Assembly (NCBI RefSeq): GCF_001194135.2
Contig: NC_069004.1
Coordinates: 22,769,655-22,833,654 of the forward strand
Length of the DNA: 64,000 nucleotides
Source of the DNA: Octopus bimaculoides
Lineage: Eukaryota
Direction: 5' to 3'
Part shown: in pieces, positions 52,336 to 64,000 of the stretch
Layout: every line of letters starts with the position of its first letter
How positions within the stretch are numbered: position 1 is the stretch's first letter
Position numbers and translations under genes: made by a program
Notes under the pieces: model-generated
Told to the model about the DNA's origin: nothing
The model's database searches: none
Seen by the model: only the letters and a program-made list of their open reading frames with translations

Positions 52336-53444
52336 TAAGAAGGGTATCCACCCATGATTGGTGTATCACTGCTACTGTTCTGGTTGATTGCACTGAAAAT
52401 GCTTTTGTTAACAACTGATTCTGAAGGTGTCAAATTTGAAAATCTTTGTTGAAGTTGAATAAACTTCTCTGTGGTACAAATCAGCACGTTTAGCTATTAA
52501 CCCAATGGTCAAATTTCTCAAGGCAGTGCCCCCAGCATAACTGCAGTCTAATGACTGAAACATTTCTCTGACCACTTTTTCCTTTATTGTTTTTGTTGTT
52601 GATACTATTGACTTTTCCTTCAGTATTCAAAGCAGATGACCACTGATGTCTTCTCTTCTCTCTGGTATTATCTACTGTTTTCATAAAAACAGTGCCAGTT
52701 ACTTGCTGAGCAGACACTTCTCTCTCTGTTTGTTTCAATTAGACACTCTTTCATTCTAGGTGTATTATATTTATCTTTGGTGAATATTATTTCTTCAAGG
52801 GATCTTTGTTTTTTGGGTTTTTTTTGGTTTTTTAAAGGAAATCTAACAATTTTGCAAAACAAAATTTAAAATCCAATTTTACCCAATCCCTCTGATGAGG
52901 TGTGGGCTTCAAGTAAAATGGAAAATCTCACCAAAAAGAAGTGGCTTTCTTCCTTCATATAGATAACAAGCATTATTAAATCAAACACCACCCAATTTCA
53001 GGGGAAAACATGAAAAACATGAAACCTTTCTTGTTAGTGTTGATCCTGTTTGTGACTTTTGTGGTGCACCTTGAAAAACAAATGGATGTTCTAAGTTCCT
53101 CAAATGTATAAACTAATCGCTACGATAGACTTGGTCAGTATTAGTACTGGGTCGCATGCAAGAAGTCTGAATCCCATATGAAAAGAACTGGTGGGAATAT
53201 AAACCTGCCAAAGTAGTAGAATATAAAGATGTCACTGTTCTTTAGGACTTTAGTATTCAAACTGAGTGAGCTATTGAGGCCAATAGACCAGGTACTGTGG
53301 TTAAAAAATCACATTGACAAAACATGTTTGATCACTGCAACACTCCTGTAAAATCATCTGAAAAGTTAAGTAAATACAAGGAACTTGAAATAGAAGTCTC
53401 AGAAATGTGGCATCTAACAACTGCTCTCGTTCTCATGTCCACAG

Positions 53445-53790
53445 ATGTAGCTGTATGGTAAGAAGCTTGCTTCCAAACCACAGGGTTCCAGGTTCAGTTA
53501 CACTATAACCCCAGGCCAACCAATTCTTTGTGAGTGGACTTGAGAGATAGAAACTGAAAGAAGCCCATCATGTGTGTGAGTGTGCCTGTGTTTGCCCTTG
53601 CCCTATTGCTTGACAACCAGTGTTGGTTTGTTTATGTCCCCATAACTTAGTGTTTCAGCAAAAGGACCAATAAAATATGTACTGGACATAAAAAAAAATA
53701 TTGGGGTCGATCTGTCTGCCTAAAACACTTGAATGTGGTGCCCAACATAGCTACAGTCCAATGACTTAAACATGTAAAAGATAAAAGATG
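53445..53790 (+). mobile_element. SINE family A copy
   Basis: Head, core and gtaaaagat tail present; ends about 110 bp upstream of the RAD52 acceptor at 53901. Confidence 0.8.
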
Positions 53791-53901
53791 CAATTACTGA
53801 TCCAGATTCATTGATGGATGGGTATTCCATTTAAGGTACGCCAGTAACTTAGGGGTACTTTAACATGAAAGTTTAATTTTTCTTTGTTTTTATTCTTTTA
53901 G

Positions 53902-54114
53902 ATGACCACGATGTATGGAACCAGTCCCTTGATGCTGAGATTGTCAACTTAGAAACTGCCTTGTTATCATCAGACAAGGTGACAACAGCCTTGACTGAAA
54001 TGGTGCTGAAATCTTCACCAAGCTCTCAGAAACTGCCTTCTGCTGTCCAAACCTTAAATGATGGCCTGTCCTGTGTATCAGCAATTTCTAGACTGTCTCC
54101 ACGCAACCCAAGAG
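53902..54114 (+). CDS. RAD52: RAD52 coding exon: (D)DHDVWNQSLDAEIVNLETALLSSDK...LSPRNPR; alternative in-frame donor after 54153
   Basis: Strong pyrimidine tract and tag acceptor at 53899-53901. Frame open and in phase 1 with the preceding exon. Two candidate donors, AGAG|GTTGTG and AGAG|GTGTGC, both phase 1. Sequence similarity is weak, so support comes mostly from splice phase. Confidence 0.7.
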
Positions 54115-54784
54115 GTTGTGAAAAAGTGCTGCAGCTGATCAAAGATACGAGAGGTGTGCTTGTTGTGGTTTTGTATTGTTGCAGATCATTAGTATTATAG
54201 GTTTCAAATTTTGGCACAAGGCCAGTAGTTTCGGGGAAGAGGGAAAGCCAATTAAAACAACCCCAGTGCTCAACTGGTACTAATTCTATCGATCCTGAAC
54301 GAATGAAAGGCAAAGTTAATCTCAGCAGAATTTGAGCTCAGAATGTAAAGATGGATGAAATGCCGCTAAGCATTTTGCCTGGTGTGCTAATGGTTCTGCT
54401 AGCTCGCTACCTTCATTACTGCCACCGCTGCTGCTACTACTACTACTTCAAGGGCGGAGAGTCAGCAGTCATTAGTGCATTGGGCAAAATGCTTAGTGGC
54501 ATTTCTTCTAGCTCTTTATGTTCTGAGTTCAAATTCCACCAAGATCAATTTTGCCTTTCATCTTTCCGGGGGTCAATGAAATAAGTACCAGTTGAGCATT
54601 AGTATCAATGTTATTGACTAACTCTCTTCCACTTAAAAATTGCTGGCCTAGTGCTATAATCTGAAACAATATTTTTACTACTACTACTACTACTACTGTC
54701 ATTACCATTATCACTCCTACCACACCCACTACTGTCATTATCCCTCAAACATCACCAATCATCTTTTCATTACTACCACCACTG

Positions 54785-54786
<2 letters not shown>

Positions 54787-54840
<54 letters not shown>
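54787..54840. repeat. (TC)n microsatellite
   Basis: Directly visible. Confidence 0.97.
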
Positions 54841-54842
<2 letters not shown>

Positions 54843-56519
54843 ACTTACATAAAATCTCGCTATATGTATATCCAACCACCAAAAAATTAGGTGCCACTGT
54901 TTTTGCCCTTCTCTGTTGGTTTAATAGGTTGGATGATTCAGTGTCCATTCTGTTATCTTAGAAACTATTGAGACTAAGAAGTTCCAATTCTATTTTTATC
55001 AATAATTCTTCAATTACTAAATAAAAATATTTTAATTTTTATTTGCTCTCAACCACCACTCTCTAATAAAAGCCAAGAATCTGGTACATTAGGTTTTTCA
55101 TTTACCACTGCAATTATGTCCTCACACTCCTCATCTGATAGAGAACACTGTGACCTTGAGTGGTTGCCCTCATCAAGCTACTGAGGTTGTCATTGGTGCT
55201 ATCCTGGACTTGACAGACAAACTAACTCAGTAATCTTGATGATGTCTCATCATGGAGGATGTTTCTTTCTCTCTTCATTTTGGATGATATTTCCCTGTCG
55301 GTGGCCTCCAATTTTTTCTTGAGCTTGAATGCAAAGGACTTAACCATGTTCAAAAAGCTGATGGTCTTCAGATCACTGTGGTTAACAGCTAGAGTAACAG
55401 ACAAAGCATGCCTTTTCGTTTCCTCTATCAGACTGGAACCTGCCCTGTGGGTGCTGTCAGTGTGTCTGGGAGAGAACTGAGAAAGTTGATATTTAGTGCA
55501 TGCAGTTTAATATTGCATTAGATCATCTTATATTAATAACTTGCTAGAGTTTGTTCACATATACCCAGTGAACTCTGTATTTAAACCAGTTCTATCCAAT
55601 GTGTCTTAGAGTATGTGATAGCAACATTAAGTATACTAACTAGTTATATTTTAGTATGTCATGTGGTGTGACACAGATCACACCTACATTGGTTTCAAAT
55701 TTTGGCACAAGGCCAGCAGTTTCAGGGGAGGAGTTGAGCCAATTACATCGACTCCAATGCTTAACTGGTACTTATTTTATCAACCCCAATTGGATGAAAG
55801 GCAAAGTCATTTGAACTCAAAACTTGAAGATGGAAGAAATGCTGCTAAGCATGTTGCCCAGCATGCTAACAATTTTGCCAGCTCACCACCTTAAAGATGA
55901 CACCTTTAGTAAGTAGAGAAACCATCTGTTCAATGTGCTATGTGAGGTGTGTGACATCTGCATTATGTGTTAGGTGACAGCCGATAGCCACATTAAGGAT
56001 AACAGATCAGCTGTATTTATTGTTGTTGTGTGACAACCATAAACGTAATATAAAATGACAAAAGAAACATGATCCCACATCGTTGGTACACAGCAGATCT
56101 ATTTGCTGCCTGTAATAGAACAAGTTTCAAATATATCCAACATGGATTTCAGTTGACTGTGGCCATTCTGAAGTACTATTTTCAAAGGTGTAGTCAATTA
56201 CAGTGATTCCTGTTTTTATTTCACCTATTCTGGCACCTATTCTCTTGATTTCAAAGGGATAAAAAGCAAAGTGAACTTGAGCAGAATTTAAAGTAAGAAA
56301 GTAAAAAGACGTAACCAAATACAAAATATTAGATCTGATTCTTTATTGATTCTTCTTTCCACCTACCACACGAAGAGAACAAAGTCCTCTGATTCATTTG
56401 TCAACATTTTCGGTTATTATAAGTCGGATATCTCTCCCAATTATGTAATATAGTTAATGGGTAGGGCTATGTGTTTTTTTTAATTAATTTCTTTATTTTC
56501 ATTTTATATTTTTGTACAG

Positions 56520-56557
56520 ATGAATTCCGCATAAAAAAGCAACGTCTTGACATATAA
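56520..56557 (+). CDS. RAD52: RAD52 terminal coding exon: (D)EFRIKKQRLDI*, putative C-terminal NLS
   Basis: T-rich tract and cag acceptor at 56517-56519; phase 1 in; TAA at 56555-56557. KKQRLD parallels the C-terminal KKRKYD basic motif of human RAD52. AATAAA at 56585. Confidence 0.8.
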
Positions 56558-56770
56558 GAAAAGAATAATTTGTGGCTACAACAGAATAAACCACATTTCC
56601 TTCTTGGTAACACATTGACCATATACAAACATCAGTTATTTACAGTTCCCTTTAATGACATGTGGAACAAGTATCAACCAATCACAGTTCGTATTAAGCA
56701 TCATTTAGTAGAAACAACAACCAATTAGAGTTTGTTTGAAACATCACATGTGATAGAAATTTACACCAAT

Positions 56771-56965
56771 CACATAAATCTATAAATAATAGCATGTAAA
56801 ATATTGGGTTGGAAAATCCGTTTGGCATAGAAAAAGTCAAAGGCTGCCCATGGGACTCGAACTCCTTTTTTTTTTCTGTTGCCTCGCAGGCAGTCTTTGA
56901 CCTTTGATATCCAAAAGGGTTTCTTCAAGTCAATATTTACATGCTGTTATTTATAGCTTTATGTG
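56771..56965. repeat. Imperfect inverted repeat (arms of about 77 bp, 40-nt spacer), MITE-like foldback
   Basis: 56771-56848 pairs with 56889-56965, e.g. ctataaataatagcatgtaaa / tttacatgctgttatttatag and gtcaaaggctgcc / ggcagtctttgac. Confidence 0.85.
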
Positions 56966-57803
56966 TTTCAAGATTCACTGTTCCAAAAAAGGATTATTTC
57001 ACATTCTCTCAAAAGTTTATGTTGTCAGCAACAAATTCTTATGATGTCATGTCTTATATCAATATCACATGAGATAGAAGTAGAAACCAACTGCAACTGC
57101 TTCATAATGCCAATGTGAGCCAATATTGAAATAGAACAAATATGTAGAAGTTCCAACCAATTGCAGACAGTTTCAACATCATTCATGAAATAAATAATAA
57201 CCAGTTGTGATTTATTTTTATAATTTCAACCCATATCTTAATTACCAATCAATTAGAATTCATTTCGACATTGTGATAACAACACCAGCACAAGACAATG
57301 GCAATGGACTTCTTCAATAAGAACAAGATACACAATTTTAACAATATGATTCCATAATATCATTATTGAAAAATAGAGAGGAAAACAAGGCTTAAAATAA
57401 ATTATATGCAAATAACAAGAAAGCAACTCAAAAGATATCATTCTGAGAAAAATAAATCAAACTTTATTTTAAAAAATCCCAAATTTCTCTGACCAAGAGG
57501 AAATTTTTTATTTATGATGACCAAATTCATATTCGAATTTCTTAACTATTTTAAATAACTCTATTTTTCAATGAAATCTTATGTTGTGTTATCATCCCTG
57601 ATAACATTTGAATTTAAATTATTTTACAGATTGTAAATTAAAAATTGATTTTTAAAGACATTTTAATAATCTGTGTATGTATGTATCTGTACATATGTAT
57701 GTATGTATGTGTGTGTGTATGTATATATATATATATATATATATATTTACATATATATATATATATGTATATGTATATATATGTATATATATATGTATGT
57801 GTG

Positions 57804-57840
<37 letters not shown>

Positions 57841-58297
57841 CAAGTGAGAGAGAGAGATAGACATTATGTAATATATGTAAATATATAGACTATTTTATCT
57901 GGTTTACAGACTAATTTACGTAACTCACTGTTTTAAGTGGGACAAACTATTTTATATGATCCACAAACTATTTTGTGTACCCCACCCACCGACTGCCTAT
58001 TTTATGTGACTCTCAGAGTATGTTACCTGGTTTACAGCATATCTTAAGCGACTGACATTCAGGTTATTTCATGGATCACAGATTATTTTATGTGATACCC
58101 CCATCCCTGTTATGTTCTCACATGCTATTTGTCCCCCACACTATTTTACGTCGTTACTTGATCATCTCTGATATGTAGTGTCAGATGTGAAGCAGTATTT
58201 TTTATTCATTGATCTGATACACCCAAAGGATCAAGTGGGAGCTGTCAGTCCTTCCTAACTTATTCTACTTACAACATAAATATATGGGCTTTGTATA

Positions 58298-61200
58298 TGC
58301 TTACTTACTTGCTTATAGCCGTCAGTCAATGTTGACGCTGACGTTGTCCTCTAGGGGTCTTATCCTACATTTTGTGAATTGGTGGATGTGAAAACAGTCC
58401 GATCTTGGAATGGCATGCCCTTGAACACAAATGACAAGGGAAGTTTCCCATAATGTTGTTGGTGAGTCTGAGATGATGTCGATGTCTCTTTTCCTCAAGT
58501 TTCTTACATCAGATTAGTTCAAAGTGTGCAGCTCCTTCGTCACAGAGGGTGCACCAGGTTTGCTGGTTTCAAGCAAAGTGCTCAAGTTGCGCCGGTTGAA
58601 TGTTGCAGGAATTGAAAACAAGCCTAAGATGGTCCCTGAACCTCTTCTTGGGTCCCCCGTGCAAGCGTATATCAGTTGATAGCTCTCTGAAGAAGACCAT
58701 TTTCGGGAGATGATTATCAGGCATCTTGATAACATGGCCAACCCATCTTAGAAGACAGTGTATGATGATGGCTTCAATGCTGGAAATTCCTGCTTGCCCA
58801 AGAATTTCTGTGTAGGGGACCTTATCTTTCCAAGTAATGTGTAAAATTTGTTGGAGACAATGAATGTGAAATGACTTTAGCTTCTTTAGATGATGGCAGT
58901 ATAAGGTCCAGCATTTGCAGCCATACAGTAATGTTGAAATGACAACAGTGCGATAGACAGCAATCTTAGTGGCAAGTCTCAGATTTCTGTTTAGAAACGC
59001 TCGTTCTTGAAAGTGTCCAAAGGAGGAAGAGGCAAGGTTGATCTGTCATAGGATGCCAGCTTCAACATGTCCATTTTATGATATGACAATGCCTAGGTAG
59101 ATAAAAGAGTCAGCATTTGATTTATATATAGTTGTGTTGGTGGATGCTTTTGATTAAAAAACGTTTGCATGATCTTGGTTTTTTTTTTTATGTTGATGTC
59201 AAGACCTCGACGAGCATAAGCCCCACACATGGCGCTTAAGGGTCGCTGGAGTGGGGTTGTTTCATGAGCAGTAGCAGCAGCAGCATCTGCATATTGGAGC
59301 TCAAAAATCTTGCGATGTTGATGTCAGAATTTTCACTTTGAACCAGTGGGTGTTGAAAATACTGCCATCAAAGCAGTAATGGATTCTTGTGCCATTATTG
59401 GGACCAACTTGGACCCAGAAGAGGAGAGTTACAGCTACTAGGTCGATGCTGAACAAAACGGGAGCAAGAACGCAGCCCTGTTTGACTCCCAGTTTAACAT
59501 TGAATTGTTCTGTAGTGAAACCTCTCTCTCAGCCATTCAATCATAAATGATAACGAAGCTGCTAACATCTAGCCTTCGGTTGCCTTGGACCCTTCTGTCC
59601 ATCATCCTGATTGGTTTTTATTTGCGCGGCAATTGTCCCCATGTTCTGCTTGCTAAGGGGGCATTACATCCAATCGTGGCTTTGGGATAAAGTCACGTGA
59701 GATAGAGTTTTTCTGGGTTTCCGGTGAGCCCTTTTTCACCTATAAATAAGCCCGATCCAACGACGGCAATCGTCTTCGATTCTAGTTCTCTCACAGGTCT
59801 GGTCGCTGACCACACATATACAGAACACAGCTACAGCCAGTTCCAGCACCAACGTCTTCACCACCAATGTACTGTCTACCATTGTCGTCGCCAGCAACAC
59901 CAACATCAACAAGCTCGGTTTTATCTTGACACTGTTGAGTGGAATATTTTCCACTCACGAGCAACATTCAGAACTAACCAGCCAGAATATACCGTATCAG
60001 GTAAAATGGTCACAGCATCCGACGCTCAACACACATATTGTGATTCCACAGCTCTGCTACTTGGCCACAACTTCCTGCGTATGAACATTCTATCTCCTTG
60101 TGTAACTCTAATACGAACTGGTATTTCTCTATCTCAGTGTTTTAAGACTTTTTACAGTCTATGTTACAGACACTCTTTCTAGCTTCTGTGTTTCCTCTCA
60201 TTCACACGCACACTTGTACTCTCACATATTGTACACACACTATTGTTTATACGACTGTCCATCACTTCACATTGTTGTATAGATTCTCTTGTACACAAAG
60301 GCCTGATTTATCTAGTTTTAATTTTATATGTCGCATGCACGCACACACAGACAAATAGTTTCACTTTGTTAAATAAATTTATTCTCATTATATATCTAAC
60401 GGTTGAGTTTGTCCTAAGTTCTTTTACTGGCACAATGGCTTGCGTATCTCACGATGAGCCTACTCTCTATATATATATCTTATTTTGTGTTTGACCGTGC
60501 AACATGGTAAAAAGGAGCCTTTTCCCATCTACGTCGCCATCTCCTTTGGTTCGCACGGTCGAAGTATTACAGTTCTAAAGATGTTCCACTGAGAGAGACT
60601 CTGGCTAGGATTCCATTGTGGAATTTTCAGATGATAGTAAAAGGGGTTGCAGGACAGCCAAATTTTGTAAGAAGTTTCCATAAAATTCCATGATTAACAG
60701 TGTCAATCATGAAGTATTGTTCTCTGCATTTTTTGAGAAGTAAGCATGCAACAAATATCATATTAATTGTGCTTCATTCAGGTCTGAAACCACTTTGAGA
60801 TACAGGGAGGATACACCCTGACACAAAGATGAGAAGATGGTGGAGAATAATGTGTGCAAGGATTTAGTCAGCCACATCCAGAGGAGGGATGCCTTTGCTG
60901 TTACCGCAGTTGGATTGGTCGCTTTTTCTTTTGTAAATGCAAATGATGTTGGCATTCTTCCAGCGCTCAGGAATTTTTTTATTTTTCCAGAAGAGACCTA
61001 GGAAAGAGTGAAGATATGACTTAAGTTGTGGTTCGCTGTATTTGTAAACCCCTTCAGGGACACCGCCTTCACCAAGGGACTTCATATTTTTTAGGGAGTG
61101 CAGAGCCTTCAAGACTTTGTCAATTTATTCAATGATTGAAAGTTTTGGAAGCTCATCTAAAAACATATCATTTAGGTTGGCTCTGTTCAAGAGGTCTTGG

Positions 61201-63197
61201 CTCATTGTTCAAGGATCTTATCTTTTTCTTTAATTAGAGTAGTGCCATCAGCAGTATGGACAGGTGCAATTGGGCAGTGTGAAGGACCGAAGGTGTGTTT
61301 GATCAAGTCGTAGAATTCATAAGTTTTATTTTCGTCAGCAAAACATTGGATCTCTTTGGATTTGCAGAACCACCAGTCATTCCGTGCTTCACAAAGTCTT
61401 CTCTGGGCATCATCCCTAAGGTTATGCCAGTTTGGGGCTTAGATACAGGAATGAGGATTTGCAAGGTGGGTGTTATGAGCACAGTTTTTTGCCTGCAAAA
61501 GGGGTTGGATGATGTCTGCAGATTCATTAAACCAATCAGGGTTCTTCTTGTGGGTTTTTCCAAGAGTGGTTTTTCCAGCAGTTTGTCAAATGACAGAGAT
61601 CGTAGAGTCCCAGAGAGAATTGAGTTCATTCTGTTCAACCTTGATTTTTCTTATTTTCCATATTGCGATGCATTTCTTGTGGAACTGGAAGAGCTGAAAG
61701 AGCTGGGTAGGCAGTAGCAAGGTTTACTTGGAGCTCAATCTGTTTCATTGTGCTGGAAAGACTGGCCACATTGAGTTTGGAAAACACTTTGCTTTTTCTG
61801 GCCAGTGGGAGGATTTGAAGACATATATGTGCATGAATCATGTGGTGATCGGAACAAATTCTGCACCATGCATGGATTTGTTATGGAGGATATCTTTCTG
61901 ATGATGTTGATGAACAATCATGTAATTGAGGAGATGTCACATCTTGGGTGTTTTCAGGAGAACTTGTATTTAATGAATTTACTGGAAAATGATGTTCGTA
62001 ATCATGAGTTTGTGCTTAGCACACAGGTGCAAAAGGCAAAGACCATTGGTATTCATTTTGCTTGTCTCATGAGAACCGAGAACTTTGGGCCAGATATTTA
62101 CATTGGAACCGACTCTTGCATTGAAGTCACCAAGAAAAATAAATTTGTCTGTGTGAGGTATCCTTCTCAAAGCCGAGTTAAGAGACTCGTAGAAGGCGTC
62201 TTTCACTTCTTCATTAGTGTCTAATGTGGGGGCATAGACACTGAGGATAGTGGCATGTACTTTGTTACAGAAGGGAATTTGGAAAGTCATCAGCTGTTCA
62301 CTTATACCAGTTGGAATCAAAGAGATGTTCTTCTGTAATGACAAATGGATGGCAAATCCTAAACCATGAATTATATTTTTACTTTGAGGAAGGCCATTTC
62401 AGAAGTGTGTGTATCCCTCATCAGCCTCAGTGAGAGAGCCTTCATCAGAGAATCTTGATTCACTGAGTGCAGTGATATGCACATTGTATCATTTGAGCTC
62501 AGAGGTGATGAGTGTAGTCCTACGGTGAGGTTGACCGTGGTCATTACAGTCTATCAAGGTTCATATGTTCCAGGTGGCAAAAATGAGAGGTCTTGAGGAT
62601 TTTCTTTTTAATCTTCAACCACAGTGTGGGATGGCCTGCTTGGTGCAGTTTCCTGGCCAAGCAAAAAAGAGCTGGTGTCTTTTAGACCACATTTTCTAGG
62701 CCCCTCCTCAGCTGAGGCAGGCAGTGTGAGTCCTAAAAAGGTACACCTAGACACACAGGTAGGACACCAATCGGTGCACAGTCCCAGGGTCACATCAAGC
62801 TAGTTGTCTGGCATGTGCTGCCTACATGCAGGATCCAGACCAAGGGCTTCCGGCATCATCCAGTACCTGACCCCGTGATCTGTTGCTCATTGCCATAGGA
62901 CTTAATTGGGGAGATACCGGGATAAGAGGTGTGAGAACAAAGCAGTGGAGTTGTTTAGGTTGGTAATGGGAGCGCACAGTCCCATTTGCATGCACTTCAC
63001 CCCCATCTAACCAATTTCCTCTACAAAATAGGGATAACAGTGGCCTGTTGGAGAAATGAGCCCCACAAGGTGGAGTGACTGTTGCAGCAGGTGTCACTGG
63101 CCATTCTCTACAGCAATGCCATCATGGTCATTACTGTGGGGCACGGCTGGACTCACAATTTGTTCTGGGGTATTTAGCCCATCACCCTTCTCCCCCC
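58298..63197 (-). mobile_element. Near full-length decayed RTE (BovB-like) LINE, interrupted by a solo LTR; 5' end runs into a gap
   Basis: APE domain (FATWNI; VYAPTL; FLGDFNARVG), RT (GVKQGCVLAPVLFS), C-terminal CHSKIGLFSH and a (TAAG)n-like tail at about 58300. Confidence 0.9.
59511..60571 (+). mobile_element. Solo LTR (1061 bp), probably Ty3/gypsy-type
   Basis: TGTAG...TTACA ends with 4-bp TSD GTTC (59507-59510 and 60572-60575). Removing it restores the host RTE frame SLEQFNVKLGVKQGC. TATA at 59741, AATAAA at 60372. Confidence 0.88.
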
Positions 63198-63669
63198 NNN
63201 NNNNNNNNNNNNNNNNNNNNNNNNNNNNNNNNNNNNNNNNNNNNNNNNNNNNNNNNNNNNNNNNNNNNNNNNNNNNNNNNNNNNNNNNNNNNNNNNNNNN
63301 NNNNNNNNNNNNNNNNNNNNNNNNNNNNNNNNNNNNNNNNNNNNNNNNNNNNNNNNNNNNNNNNNNNNNNNNNNNNNNNNNNNNNNNNNNNNNNNNNNNN
63401 NNNNNNNNNNNNNNNNNNNNNNNNNNNNNNNNNNNNNNNNNNNNNNNNNNNNNNNNNNNNNNNNNNNNNNNNNNNNNNNNNNNNNNNNNNNNNNNNNNNN
63501 NNNNNNNNNNNNNNNNNNNNNNNNNNNNNNNNNNNNNNNNNNNNNNNNNNNNNNNNNNNNNNNNNNNNNNNNNNNNNNNNNNNNNNNNNNNNNNNNNNNN
63601 NNNNNNNNNNNNNNNNNNNNNNNNNNNNNNNNNNNNNNNNNNNNNNNNNNNNNNNNNNNNNNNNNNNNN
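63198..63669. other. Assembly gap
   Basis: N run. Confidence 1.
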
Positions 63670-64000
63670 TGGGGGTGAATTCTTAGAAGCTCTTAAATAC
63701 ATCCAACAGTTAACACTCCCAGAATGGTAAGTACGAAATAAAAGAATTAATTTCTAATTCCAATCTTGACATAATTTTTTTGTTTTTCTTCAATTTTTCA
63801 AAAATTTGTTATTCTGCTATGAATTCGTTTATTGCTTTAACTCCTACTTCCTCTTTGAGAATTCTAAGAATTGTAGAAGGAGGTGGGGATGGGGAAACCC
63901 AAAATAATCAGAGGATAGTGATTGGTTGTTTTTGCAGGCGGGGGGGGGGGTTCATCCTGGAGCCTGGTTGTCCTGATGAAGTCATAGTGTGGCATGGGTG

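Noticed and set aside
52885-52945. CTGATGA-GGTG...CACC-AAAA hammerhead-like motif
   Set aside because: Lacks GAAA and has no recognisable stem I or III.
55100-55490. Possible Tx1-like ORF2 fragment on the minus strand
   Set aside because: Similarity too weak to support by eye.
1-64000. tRNA genes, CRISPR arrays, prokaryotic operons or defence systems
   Set aside because: The A/B-box motifs belong to SINE heads without full cloverleafs. There are no regularly spaced repeat-spacer arrays, and the DNA is intron-rich and eukaryotic.

Overview
AT-rich, repeat-dense eukaryotic DNA with eight N-gaps. It is most likely octopus (coleoid cephalopod), an inference from the tRNA-derived SINE families and the (TA)n-flanked gaps. 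The one host gene I can support is RAD52 on the + strand. Seven coding exons (10268-56557) join in frame through GT-AG junctions: from the middle of the conserved N-terminal domain, through the RQK motif, to a C-terminal basic KKQR tail and stop. The 5' exons were not found and probably lie upstream of the window. One intron spans about 33.8 kb. The rest is layered transposon sequence: several SINE families, RTE, Dong/R4, Tx1/L1 and CR1/L2-type LINE fragments, Penelope-like elements, a full-length decayed Tc1, a maT fragment, hAT, piggyBac and Helentron-type MITEs, and a solo LTR with a 4-bp TSD. I found no convincing new multi-gene system. The most interesting signals are structural: a perfect 62-bp palindrome beside a RAD52 splice acceptor, a foldback hairpin downstream of the stop codon, two short local templated duplications, a twin-priming-like inverted RTE, degenerate hammerhead ribozyme motifs and a possible poison exon. 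Boundaries of decayed repeats are approximate. All alignments were done by eye.
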